Source of the DNA: Lytechinus pictus | Taxonomy: Eukaryota | Length of the DNA stretch: 64,000 bases | Assembly: GCF_037042905.1 (NCBI RefSeq) | Contig: NC_087251.1 | Span: 16,866,001 to 16,930,000, forward strand | Direction of reading: 5' to 3' | Shown: positions 52,201 to 64,000 of the stretch, piece by piece | Numbering within the stretch: the first letter of the stretch is position 1 | Layout of the letters: each line of letters begins with the position of its first letter | Made by a program: the position numbers and the translations under genes | The notes under the pieces: model-generated | What the model was told of the DNA's origin: nothing | The model's input: only the letters and a program-made list of their open reading frames with translations | The model's database searches: none

Positions 52201-55200
52201 TTAAATCAAATGAATAATTAGACACATAAATTGAATGGATATGCGTTTCCCACCTACACGCTTTCAATGGCAGGTTAGATTGCTTGATCCGATTCTCAGC
52301 CGATATTATGACCCCTTTACAAGAAGAGGTCAAGCCACAAGTGTCAAGTCGTATTTCCAGCTATATTCATTCCTAATTAATATAATTATTCACAATTTAT
52401 CATTTTGAATTAAAGTGAAATGGTTTGAAAGATACTTTCCTATCATAATTCTCAGGAAGATGATTATCTTCAACTGAAGAGTTTGACCTTAAGGGGCGTT
52501 GAAAGCGGGGAAGTTGTAGGACAGGGACAGTTGCCCCATTTCAAAATGCAAAAAAAAAGTTACGTAGCAATACAAACATGTACAGCAGACATGCAGTGCC
52601 CTAAATGCAAACTTTCAACCGTTTGAAAAAATATTTATTTTCTTCACCCGGTCGTTGCTCTCCCTCGTGTACTTGGATCTATTTTTTAAAACTAGGATTA
52701 AAAAAACACTGTTTTAAAAGCATCTGCCAATATATCAAATAGGTGCCAAATAATCGCTTTCATGAAAGGGGAGGGGCAATGTTTGTCCCATACATGTCAA
52801 TACATTTTGCATTTACCCCTCACCCCCCTTCCTCTCTCGTTCCCCACACCACGCACACGATTCGTTCAAACAATATATACAGTTTACATCTTGGTCGATA
52901 CATTTTTTTTTTGAAAATGTTTTTCAACCTGTTTGAATTTGCTAAATCTTTTTATACAGAAAAGTCTTACAATTCAACTTTGTTGTTTAACTATATGCCC
53001 GTGTATCATGCTGCAAACAACATGTAATATTGCTCTATATATAAAGATATTGACTGGAGATATTTGAAGTAAATAATTATGAAAAAATCGGTTATCAACA
53101 TGTAATCTCGTCATAATAGTTAGATATACATGTATAGGCATTGGTTTCCTCACCTTAACTTGAGCTCCGGATATGGTAAGTTTAATATCATTCAGAAATA
53201 TCTTTATTTCTTTGGGAAGAACGTATAGGTAAAGTAACAAGGGCCCTCGGATAATATTTAAATAGTTACTTAAGATATACATATACATGATACACAAATA
53301 TTTTATTTTTCTGTGTCGTGTAATATTATGTAGGATGAAATCCGAGTAAAGTGGGTGGAGTGTTCTAAGCTTCCGCAGTAGTTCTGCTCTGAACCTTTGC
53401 CAAGATTAAAAGGATACAGAAAACTCATCTGATCACCTGCATGCAGTGTGAAAATCAGGGAGGAAAATAATGATCTATGAAGGCTGATTAATAAAATAAT
53501 TAATATAAAGATTGAATATTACAGACACGTCAGTCTGCACTACACCAAGCTAACCATGTCAAATACTGACTGGTGAGATATTGTGAAATTGTTTTTCCTT
53601 TGCTGCTTAGAAACGTCAAATCTTTTAGTTAGCAAGATATATATTTACTTTATGATTATCAAGGTGTGGCGAATAATGGATGCGGCGAGAATGTAATGCA
53701 AAATAATGAGAGAAAATTATCATTCATTAATGATGTGGGGTGTTGATATCCACTAGTTTATATATTGCACTGACGATTCACTGTGGTTGCGGTAGTTATC
53801 TCCCTCGATAAATGAAGTGGTGGTCGGACTAATACACCCGTCATCGATTTGCCCTTCTCCCAAACCATTCACCTGACCGGCTACACCCTAAGTAAAGATA
53901 TAATATCAATGAATTGAATTTCTCCAACTTATCTCGTAATGTGCCCATTACGATGATGTTGGACAAGTTGAAGTGATAGATCTCAACTTATATGATCATT
54001 AAAAAAAACTGCTGTGTTTTTATCCAAGAGGATACAGATAGGAATATGAAATTTTCCCCGGTACGGGTAAATTATTTACTGGAAACAAAATTGCAGAGGG
54101 GTGAAAACTAGCGAATTTCATAGGTACATACCAGAACCAGAACCCAGTGCTAGCTGTACCTAGGTGATCACGTGACACGTCATTACCCATACTTTTTGAA
54201 GAATCTGCATTTTTTAAACCAGAATCTCATTAATTTCAACTATCAACATATTTGTGTTTAGAACCTATTTAATGATATAGAATATTTTTTTTGTTAATAA
54301 ATCATGTCTTTGACTATAAGGCGAAGATAATTATGACATAATTGTATGGTAAAAAGGAATAGATCTAGATATCGAACTAGAATAGACCTTATTATTTAGA
54401 AAAAATAACCAAATCGTTTTAATTTGGTAAAACAGTAGTTCCAAATAGGTTATTTAGAAGTGGTTACAGTTCGTACTGGAGATTTAACGTGGATACATGC
54501 AGAACAAGTATCTAAAAAAGATATAGATCACCACATGTAACCTTTGTAGATATGAAAACAGAAATAGTAATACCCCCCATAACCTTGGCCCGTTGGCCGC
54601 TATAAAGCTTCGTTCTGAAATGCACTTGCGCCCCCTTGTGACTCCTTACCCCATGTCCAAGAACTCGGGCGTTGTCGAAAGTTTGTATCCACTTGGTCTT
54701 CTCGCAGATGGTCTAATTGCCATGTGGTCCAACCATCTCTTGGTTTGATTGCTATTTGGTCTTATGCCCAGATGATCCTATTTCCACTTGTTATTTTGCA
54801 CTTTGTGAAAAGAAATTTTGGTTTATAACTGTTCAGCGATGCTAGACGAAATTGCCTTGCTGCAAATTGGACAAAGTTATAATTGGTTAAAATGGCAATT
54901 AGACCGCCGTTGATTCATTTAAATAAATGCATTTATAATAATTGATTTATATGAAAATCTCGTATCATTCGGCGTGCTTGTGTAAAGCTATAATGTGATT
55001 GAAAACAAATTCAAGATTTTTTATTCTTTCAGTATTGTCGAGTGTCAGTTACCAAATTGTTGTGCAATATTTTTCAAGAAATAAAGAAGCTTCTCAAATC
55101 CTTCTTGCCAAGTCACTCTGATGCAAAATAATGTATCTTATCAAGATGTAGTTCAAGGCTTGTTGTTATGGTGATGATTACTGCGACTCGCACTGATATT

Positions 55201-57229
55201 CTACCTCAACAGGAACCAATCTATCAAGCAAACAATTTGACCGCTTGATTTGTGTCGAATTTAGCAGAAGAAAACATTTAAATTGAGTTTCCTCCGAGCT
55301 CGTTAATTGTTGAATTGATTGCATGTTTAACGGCCCAGTACTGCCTGACACAGCTGATTAGCGTGTTTCCCTTGCCCAGTGTTTCCCCGTACATGAAGAG
55401 GATGAGTTAGGCGGATGAAGATGGGTGATAACATGGCGGAATCTTCCCAGGGGGCTCATATGGCCTTTATTCATTAATCAATCATGAGGGTGTCACGAAA
55501 GTGGACTAGGGTGTTTCTAAGCCAATCAACTAGGTTTGTGTGTTTTTTATCAACCAAAACTTGAACCATGCATTGACCAATAGCCGACGCTTTCGGCTCC
55601 TGTACGCCAGCATTCTTGTCAATAATCTTTTACAGCCACCACTGTAATAATAACATCACATGACACTTGCCTGTGAGTTTCCGGGCAATTTCAACAATAA
55701 AAATAATTTAAAGCCTGTTTAAGATTACCAATTTGCATTTTCATGATTAAAATCTAATCATTTAAAGGTAATGCTATACAGAGTTTCATATTAAGTAATG
55801 TTTATCAAAAGTGATTTAAACTAAGCAGTGTTGTTTTATTTATACCATAATAATAGCAACCCCACCCTTCGACGGGTCTACTCATTTCTGCATAGAGGAC
55901 CTTCAGGTAAAAATATTTATAATCATATTTTACACATTATGACTATAAAGTGTCCCTATAGTTAACGACCATCATGATTAGCGATGCTTTGTGAATATAA
56001 ACGGGCTTGTTCTTGCTTCTTTCGACACGAGTCCTTTAATTGGAGTAATAGTGCGCAGGCGATAATCCGCGGAAATTAATTCCTTGTGCGTGACTGATTA
56101 TTACATTCATCTTGTATTGATATTCACCAAGACTACTTATTGGATAAACATCCTCAATTCTATATGATCATTCTCATTCAAGAAAAAGATAATTTCAATC
56201 TAAGCGATTTTCTGCCCAAACTTCTGTCAGAAAGTTTTCATTATCCAAAGATTTGTTTGTATCAACCCGCTTTCCATTGAAAAATAAATGTTTGAATTCT
56301 GAGCTACAAAATGTAAAATCATGATAGTTATATAAGGACTACTAAAATCATATACATAGGATTCCGTTGACGTTATTGATCCAAATGCCGGTCAATATTT
56401 TTTAAGATGGTCTTGATTTATAACTGATTGATATCAATTTCAATTGTCTTTAAAACGGGATAGAGAGAGAGGGGGAAAAGGTATTCGGCATAACCTTATG
56501 CAGTTCAGGTTGAACAGCAAGTTAGTAAATTCATTCAAAATAATGCCTGTAAACCACGTAGGTTAAAACGGTATAAGAAAATCATTACAACAGGGAGGTG
56601 TTATAACGAATTATTTTAATTTTATTTCTAAAACAGGGAAATCAATTACTTCAGAATCACTGCTTCGGTTAAAAAAAAACATTCTAAATATTTATGTTTA
56701 TTAATTTACTTTTACATCGATTGGGATCTCGAAAAATATACACTATAGTCGGATAAGGGGCTGAATATTTACCCCTCTATGCCACATTTTCTTTGAATCC
56801 CCCTTTTCAGTGATACCATAGAGTTAATAGCTCCATGGTGATACCATTCCTCCTCTCCTCTCTCCACTCTCTCTCAAACACGCCCACACACACCCCTTCC
56901 ATTCTTACTCTCCCCCTCTCTCTCTTTTATCATTTCCAATAAATATTTCCTCTCTACTTTTTTTACCCGATTCCACCGTAATTATCTTTTCTTTTAGCTC
57001 CAAATTCCACACCCCCCTTTGTGTATATTTTGCATTTTCTTCACCCCTCTCTCTTCCTCTGATTCTTTCTCCAACTGCCACTCACACTTTCTGTCTCTTT
57101 GCCCTCTCCTCATCCCCCTCGCTCTCTCGCTCTTTCCCTCGTTCTCCCCTCTCTTCACTTTTTTCTAGCCCACCCCCCCCCCTCTCTCTCTCTCCTTACT
57201 CCCATTTCCTTGCTCACCCATTTCAGTCA

Positions 57230-57540
57230 CTGCAGCAAATAGTGAAACATTTAGCATTTTATGACCAAAACAGTGTCTCGAATTCCTCTGGTCATCGCAC
57301 TTTAACTTCCGCCTTTGATCGTTAGTGGTAGAATCTATAATTGACTTCAACAGCTCCTTAAGATTTGACTTGACCTCCAGGTCATGATCAGGTTGAGGGT
57401 CAAATAATAGCAGACACCTGCTGAATCGCTCAGACAAATTTGTGACATTAATGGCGCCCCTAATCAAATGAGATGATTGATTGGGCACTGCAAGTTTTAT
57501 TTCGTGTACAAAATTAATTTCTCATCGGTATTTTGGTATT
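57230..57540. promoter_or_regulatory. Candidate developmental enhancer
   Basis: Non-repetitive block dense in TF-like motifs (TTTTATGAC, CCTTTGATC, TGACCTccAGGTCA, CACCTG, TGATTGAT) between a CT-rich and a GA-rich tract. Motif evidence only. Confidence 0.3.
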
Positions 57541-60500
57541 CAAAATCTAAATGAGAAGAAATAAAGAGGAAGAAATTGAAAGAGAGAAAGAAGGGAAGCC
57601 AGCGAGAGGAAGGAGAAAAGGGGTTGGTATGTTGACCTATTGCAACTGTCTAAGTACCAAGTAGCTCGACCTTCAACTTAATATTTTGTGCTAGCGGACA
57701 AACAATCTCTAAATAGATCAGGATATAAGCGACATTCCCATTATCATCAAAATAACTTGCATCATCATATTCAATGGATGTAAAAATGATAAACAGCTAA
57801 AATTTTGAAGAATTTTTTTTAAGGGACTAAAAGATAGAAATTAAAAGGAGAAATTAAAACATGTACCAAGAATCAGCACACCCCATTGTAATCACAATTA
57901 TCTGGGAGTTTGCTTGAATGATGCATGCAGGAGCTGACTGCTTGTCTAAACCAAAAGAATCACAGAAAATTGTTGATCCAAGCAGGGGAAATTAAGTATT
58001 CCCTTCTGATCATATCCCGGCATGGAAGTTTTGCCTTCATGATCCCGATCAAAACAATCTCGATACAACATCGGCCTTATAACACTCGAGATAATTTTTC
58101 TATTATGCTAAATAGCGTAATGGAAAAAAATGGTTCATAACTTTTTTTGTGCATTTTTCTATCCTGGGGATCTTTCTAAAGAATTCTATATACAGAACAT
58201 CTGAAGAACTGGATTGAAGCAACAAAACGCCAACCGTTTTCTTCGAAATTTCTTCCAATCTTTTGTGTCCTAGATTGTTTCGTTTATAGAACCTGATACA
58301 CATACACTTCACCAGCAGACTACCTTGCTTTAGTTCTCACATCAATTCATGGTGCGTGACATAGACCTCAAAGACAATCTGGTCTTGACCTTGATCTTAT
58401 ACACGGCTTCATCATGTTCATCACAGTGCAGTGATCACCACGATCTCTCTTCGCCCCACGCGGAATCATCCGGGTCTCGTTCTCCCGTCTGCAGCTGTCT
58501 CTTTTGCTTTGGCTAGGGTCTTGATTACTAGCCATTCAATGACATATTGATTCTAAAATACATATTGCAGCTCGTATAGGCTTTGTTTTGATTACGATAA
58601 TAATTTCGATTTGTATAAACTAGAGCACCGTATCCATTGTTATAAAGAAATTTGCCAAGACATCGGAAATGTTATGTACCACAACTCTGATTTATTCCCA
58701 CTTTTGCACTTCCCAGAGCATGCCCCACCCCCCCCCCTCCAGTCGACATCGTCATTATTATGTGGACAAGGTTGAGGAGGATAAAGATCATGTGGATTCA
58801 ATATAACATTGACCTGATGCTCTGCGTCCCATCGACCCCATTTTCAAAAAAAAAGATGCCAGGCCAGGGAAAAAACGGCTTTATTCGTCATGTCTCTTGA
58901 GATAAGGAAGATGGTCCTCTAAGAACGAAGCTGAAAGTGTCACTTCATTATTTAATTATTGCTGGGATAGGTGAAAGGACACCCCAAATATACCCAACCA
59001 GATGATGATCTATACTTAAGGAAGGAAATAAACTATCTAGGCGTAACGTATGACCTCAATCACTGGACTTTAATTTTAAAGAAGAACGGTTTCACATTCT
59101 TTGCTTTATTGGTTGTATGCAAATCGAGAGCCCATGTACAGGGGTTGTGAGCCCGAGGAGGAAGCGAGGGGTAGGGGCACGTCCCCGGATGGGAATAAAA
59201 TGTGTATAGTAATAAATAGCAGCGTATGATAGTCTATCTAAATTTGGAGATTTCTCTAAAGTTGGAAATCTATAAAATGCATGGGGACGAGTTTGTCAAT
59301 CATAAATATTAACCCTTCAAGACTGCGAATATTAGAAAAGATTGAAAACATGAATTTCAATGTAAGTTTGGCTTTAAAGTCCGTCGTGATGCTCAGTTTT
59401 ACCGGTTTGAGATTCCCTGGTTTTACTATTGAAAATTATTAGTTTCTCCAACTCTGTTGCCACGCTCCCTCGCATACAAAAGTAAGATCCCCAAATCTAG
59501 CCCCTTTCATACAAACAATTGAACTTTCAGAGGTGATGAGTTCCTTTCGGAACATTGACCGAATAGTACCGAAATGTTTCCAGCTTCCACTTGAATTGAA
59601 GTGTGATGATGAGTTCTGTTCAACTCTTCAAAATGTGTCTAGTCACTTCGTTATGCCAATATTTAGGGTTTAAATCCATAGTGACCGGCTAGGGAATGTC
59701 CCAAACACGGTTAGTCCATTTGTAAGGCGACCGGTTGATAATGACACAAGTCTTCATCACGCGATGTCAATTAAAGTCCTATCAATTGGTCTGGAGAGAC
59801 GGTGAGCAGGTGTGGAATGATCTTCTAAAGGTGACCGATGGAGATAAAAGCCTAGACATACCATTTTACATCTTGTGAAAAATCCTTTGGCAACGTCCAA
59901 GGAGATTCAAACAAGAACTCAGTATAGGTTGCTTTTTCTACGCCGCGCGCAGCGCTCTATCAAGATGATCAAAAAGGGCAAAAGTTGTCCTCGCCGGAAG
60001 ATGTGGGGGTGGGGGGGGGGGGGCCACCTTATTGTGATGTTCCATTATGTATATCCTACATTTCTGCAAGTTTGCACAACATCATTATGTTCCCTTATAA
60101 CGCAACATTCAATAATATTTTTAAGAGTACATGCGCTGCCCGCGGTTTACGTCTTTTCATTTTGATCTCAGGATTATCATGATTATGATATAGACAGTAT
60201 GATTGTCATTTCAAAGTTATGAATGATGCTTGGTGGACTAGGTCTATACTAGTTGTTGTTTTTTCTTTATTCTGCCCTACAGTTGCAAAGAAGGAAGCAA
60301 GAAACATATCGGCCATGCAGACTCGAGTTATTGGAATTTTCATACTTAATCTAGTGAGCTTTTCTCGGCGAAAATAATATAGATAGACGCTCATACACAA
60401 ACATCACTACCAAAAGATGTGTTATACATGTAAATAGATGTAATTGTAAATGACAGTTACATTTTCCTATTTTACATCCCCCTCCTTTTTATTTCGTTTT

Positions 60501-63500
60501 GGACAATATTATCGGCAGCATGATTAGTCTAGTTCTGAACGCGTTAGATTATTTTTTATCGTGTGTTAGCACTTCCAATGTATATGGTGTAGATCGGTGC
60601 GAAGCCCACCGATCATGTTGGAAAGATTGAATCCAGTGGACGGCTTTACTCAGGTTGTTGTTGTTGTTTACTCAGGACGTAACACTCAGGTTAAAAAATA
60701 ATCACTTACGCCCAGAGCTAGACTACAATGCGATGGGAATTCAATGTCACATGCAATTGGTTGAAAAGTGAGGAGTTTTGAAGACCAAACGGGGTGACAA
60801 TACTCGAAGCTCACCCACTATGCTACCCAGGAAGCAGAGTGGTTTATCTACCCATCCCACACCGCTTTATTTCTCTCAAAACTATTCCAAGGAAAAGTGT
60901 GGTGAGCGTTCTGGATATAATCCAATACGACATTCATCAATTTTTTTTTAAATGTTTTTAAATCAAACACAGTACTTTCTTGGAGTTGATGGTCACCATG
61001 AGAGATCACATTATAGGTGTAAAGTTTAAGGTCGCATTATATGGTAACTTTAATCTTCCTAAAAAGCGACCATATCGAAAATGTCACGTCATGACGTAAA
61101 AATGATGATGGCATTACTAGTTTTACCTCATTTTTTATACGACTTTTATACACTCGAAACGCTTTCGAATTTTCCAAACTTACCCATATTTTAGTGCGTG
61201 TATGGCTATGATATAACCTTCCCGGATAACCGTGATGATAACACACAGTGCACAGCGCATTTATCACTAAAGATAATACACGGAGTAATGTACTTGCATT
61301 TTTAATGAATCATGATAACTAAAAACTGAAAGATTCAATTTTCTGTGACCAGCAATACACAAAACAGCTGCAGTTAGTGATGGGAGGAACTAAAATTTAT
61401 CTTGTTATTTAGATTGATCAGTAAAAGTTGTATTTGGAATGTGAAATATTCAGTAGAAAATGGATGACGTAATATTAAGCATTCAGAAAATCGATGTGTG
61501 TATTTAATCGAACCCCCCCCCAAAAAAAAATACAAATACAAATGAATAAATGAAGAAATAAGATAAAACAAAAAACGAAAATATAAATAGATGAATGAAT
61601 GTGAAACAAAAGACTAATAAAAACGAAATAGGAAAATTAAACATCGTATCTACGTGTCATCCTGACGACATAGATATAAAATGTATTCGATACCTGTCAA
61701 TGAGCTGAACTATTATGAGTTAAGACAGTAATCATATCGTCCAGAGGACAACCAACAGAAGAAAGACAGATGGGCTCACAGTATGAACTTGATGCATCAC
61801 CGATATGTGGCTTTGATTCAGTGAAATTTATCTGGATACACTTTCTACAAGGACTTATCGTGCTGGGCATAGTGTTTTATGGTCAGGAAATTATGGTCCA
61901 TATACCACGCAAACAGCAAGGGACATTGGGCACTGCATAGTTCCGGTTTTGGAAACAAAAAAGACCCTTTTCTTTGGAGTATACTTGACCCAGGTAGAAT
62001 GAAATACCTGTGTGGTCAACATTCGAAACGATATTCGAGTTATTCCAGTTGTAGCAGTGGAGTATTGAGCAAAAACATTTGAGGGGTAGAAGAACATGGT
62101 GTATTGGGCAAAATTTCGAGGATAAAAGTTGCGATTAAGCGAAAACGTTGACCTTTACAATGATGTCAACCCTTCTCTTTTCGTTTCCTTTCGACTTTCC
62201 CCTTCCCTTTTCTTGGTCTTGGAACTTTTTTTATGGGGCAAGTAGTCGTCCCCTTTATGAATAATTGAGTTGTGTGAAAGATGAAATGACATTGAGAGCT
62301 TTCAAAGTATGTTCATGATATTTATGGACAGTTTATGACATTTGTCCGCTAAGAGAGTTGCTCTAAAATGCCTGACACTTATTGCAAAAAATAATGATCA
62401 AAAGAATTTATGAAACAGTAATTTGTTCCGACTATGTCTGTAGTTCCATAGATTCATTATATCTGAGAAGTACAGGCGATATAAACATAAAATATGATAA
62501 ATGTATAATTTAGGTGATTTTTACATATTAAACTTACAGTAAACATCATCTCTTAGTTTAATTGTACCCTTAATAATAAGAGATTTCCCAATCACGATTT
62601 CAAACAGGTCTTTTACCATTGAAACTAATAACTAGAACTAAAATTTATCTTTAAATCATATTGATTTTCAATTGTTTGATTATATAAGTACTTAGGCACC
62701 AATGTCGACAAAGCAGTCAGGCCAATGGAAGCACTGTAAAAAAAAATGCTTTTTTAAAATAAGAAAAATTGTTGTTTCTATTATCATCCCTACTTTGTAT
62801 GGTCTGTTTTTAGTTTATTTTCGTAGAATTGTTAAAACTTCATTATTTGGGTCTTTTAAAGGTTATTTTTTAAACTCAATCACGACCACACTGCATGTTT
62901 ATGAACATGAGTTATTCTAATACTGACTCATCTAAACTATATAATGAGCTTATGCTGGATTTCAGATGAATGAGTCTTTGTTCGCATAATATAAAGGGAT
63001 GAATTTACCATTGTGATTTGTAACAATCAGAAATAGTGTTTGTATAATATTTTTTAATTGGGAAGGGGGTGGTGGTGTCAACAATTTTTAATGATAAAAT
63101 AACATAGCATGTACATAACTCTCAGATAGGAATACCGGGGGAAGGAGAATAGTTGAACCATTTTTTTTTCTCATGCTTACTATTGCATACTTTTCAACAT
63201 CTTAGGCGACCAAAAGCTGACAATTACAAGAGGATTGCATTAGCATGATTAGCATAATATAGCAGTAGGGTATATATGTTGATTGTGCTCTAAGTGTTGG
63301 GAAGTTTGATAAGTATTTTCAATAATTTTAATGTCTGAGGCATATAACTATACGATGAACAAAGAACCAAGAAGGGTTTTAAATAAACGAAGTTATTGTC
63401 AAGATAATTCATGAGCAAATCCTGCCGTTTCTGAATTTTACTGCTGTATCGCTAAATTTTCTCGGTGTCATTTTTTGGAATGGATTTCCTTTTTACATTT

Positions 63501-63530
63501 ATAAGGTTTTTATTGCACTGAAGCCAATAT

Positions 63531-63805
63531 GGGACGTCGTGGTCTAGTGGTTAAGACTCTCGTCTTTCAATCTGAAGGACGTGGGTTCGATTCCAAGCCA
63601 TGGCGTGTTTTCCTTCAGCAAGAAATTTACCCACATTGTGCTGCACTCAACCCAGGTAAATGGGTACCGGCAGGAAGCAATTCCTCAAAAAGCTGTGCGC
63701 ATCAGAATTGGTAGACTAGCTTAGCCGGGGTAATATAGGAGCGCCTTGATCACCTATCAAGGTGGATACGTGCGCTATACAAATCCTATATTATCTATAT
63801 TATTA
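63531..63805 (+). mobile_element. tRNA-derived SINE (tRNA-Glu-like head)
   Basis: A box TGGTCTAGTGG, TTC anticodon-like loop and B box GGTTCGATTCC. These are followed by a tRNA-unrelated core (CACATTGTGCTGCACTCAACCCAGG...AATGGGTACC) and a LINE-like tail GCGCTATACAAATCC(TATTA)n. Confidence 0.88.
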
Positions 63806-64000
63806 TGTTTATCAAGTATAAATCTCATATTAAAAAAACAAACAAACAAATGCCCTTAACTCATCGTCATTAGGTTACGAAAAGAAAAGATCCTATAAAA
63901 TCACTTCTTCTTACTGGACACTGTGCGGTATTTATTTTTACATTGGTAGAAATCATCGGATATTATGTTGCCATTATTTATGATTTTATACTGAAATCCA

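Noticed and set aside
63531..63603. Functional tRNA-Glu gene
   Set aside because: The acceptor and anticodon stems pair imperfectly, and the head continues into a typical SINE body and tail.
1..64000. Prokaryotic systems (CRISPR, operons, defence islands)
   Set aside because: The sequence is eukaryotic with spliceosomal introns; no repeat-spacer array or operon-like ORF cluster was seen.

Overview
AT-rich, intron-containing animal genomic DNA. The repeat landscape (hAT, Kolobok, piggyBac, pogo and Harbinger MITEs, L2/CR1 LINEs, a tRNA-derived SINE) looks like a sea urchin or other invertebrate deuterostome; this is inference only. Three protein-coding genes can be rebuilt by hand from GT-AG sites. 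(1) A 5'-incomplete nuclear receptor on + (167-12265) with an unusual CEGCKC P-box, a ~390-aa low-complexity hinge, and a degenerate ligand-binding domain that appears to stop after about helix 4/5. (2) A ZDHHC22-like palmitoyltransferase with an intronless CDS on + (13304-14191). (3) A KATNBL1 (katanin p80-like) gene with 9 coding exons on - (21689-29031, 298 aa). A young 5'-truncated LINE follows ZDHHC. From about 29.6 to 49.3 kb lies a dense, nested transposon zone that includes a decayed RNase H-type LINE. The last 14 kb has no detectable gene but contains enhancer-like blocks and a SINE. The most interesting object is the atypical, apparently LBD-truncated nuclear receptor. Almost all short ORFs in the supplied track are spurious.
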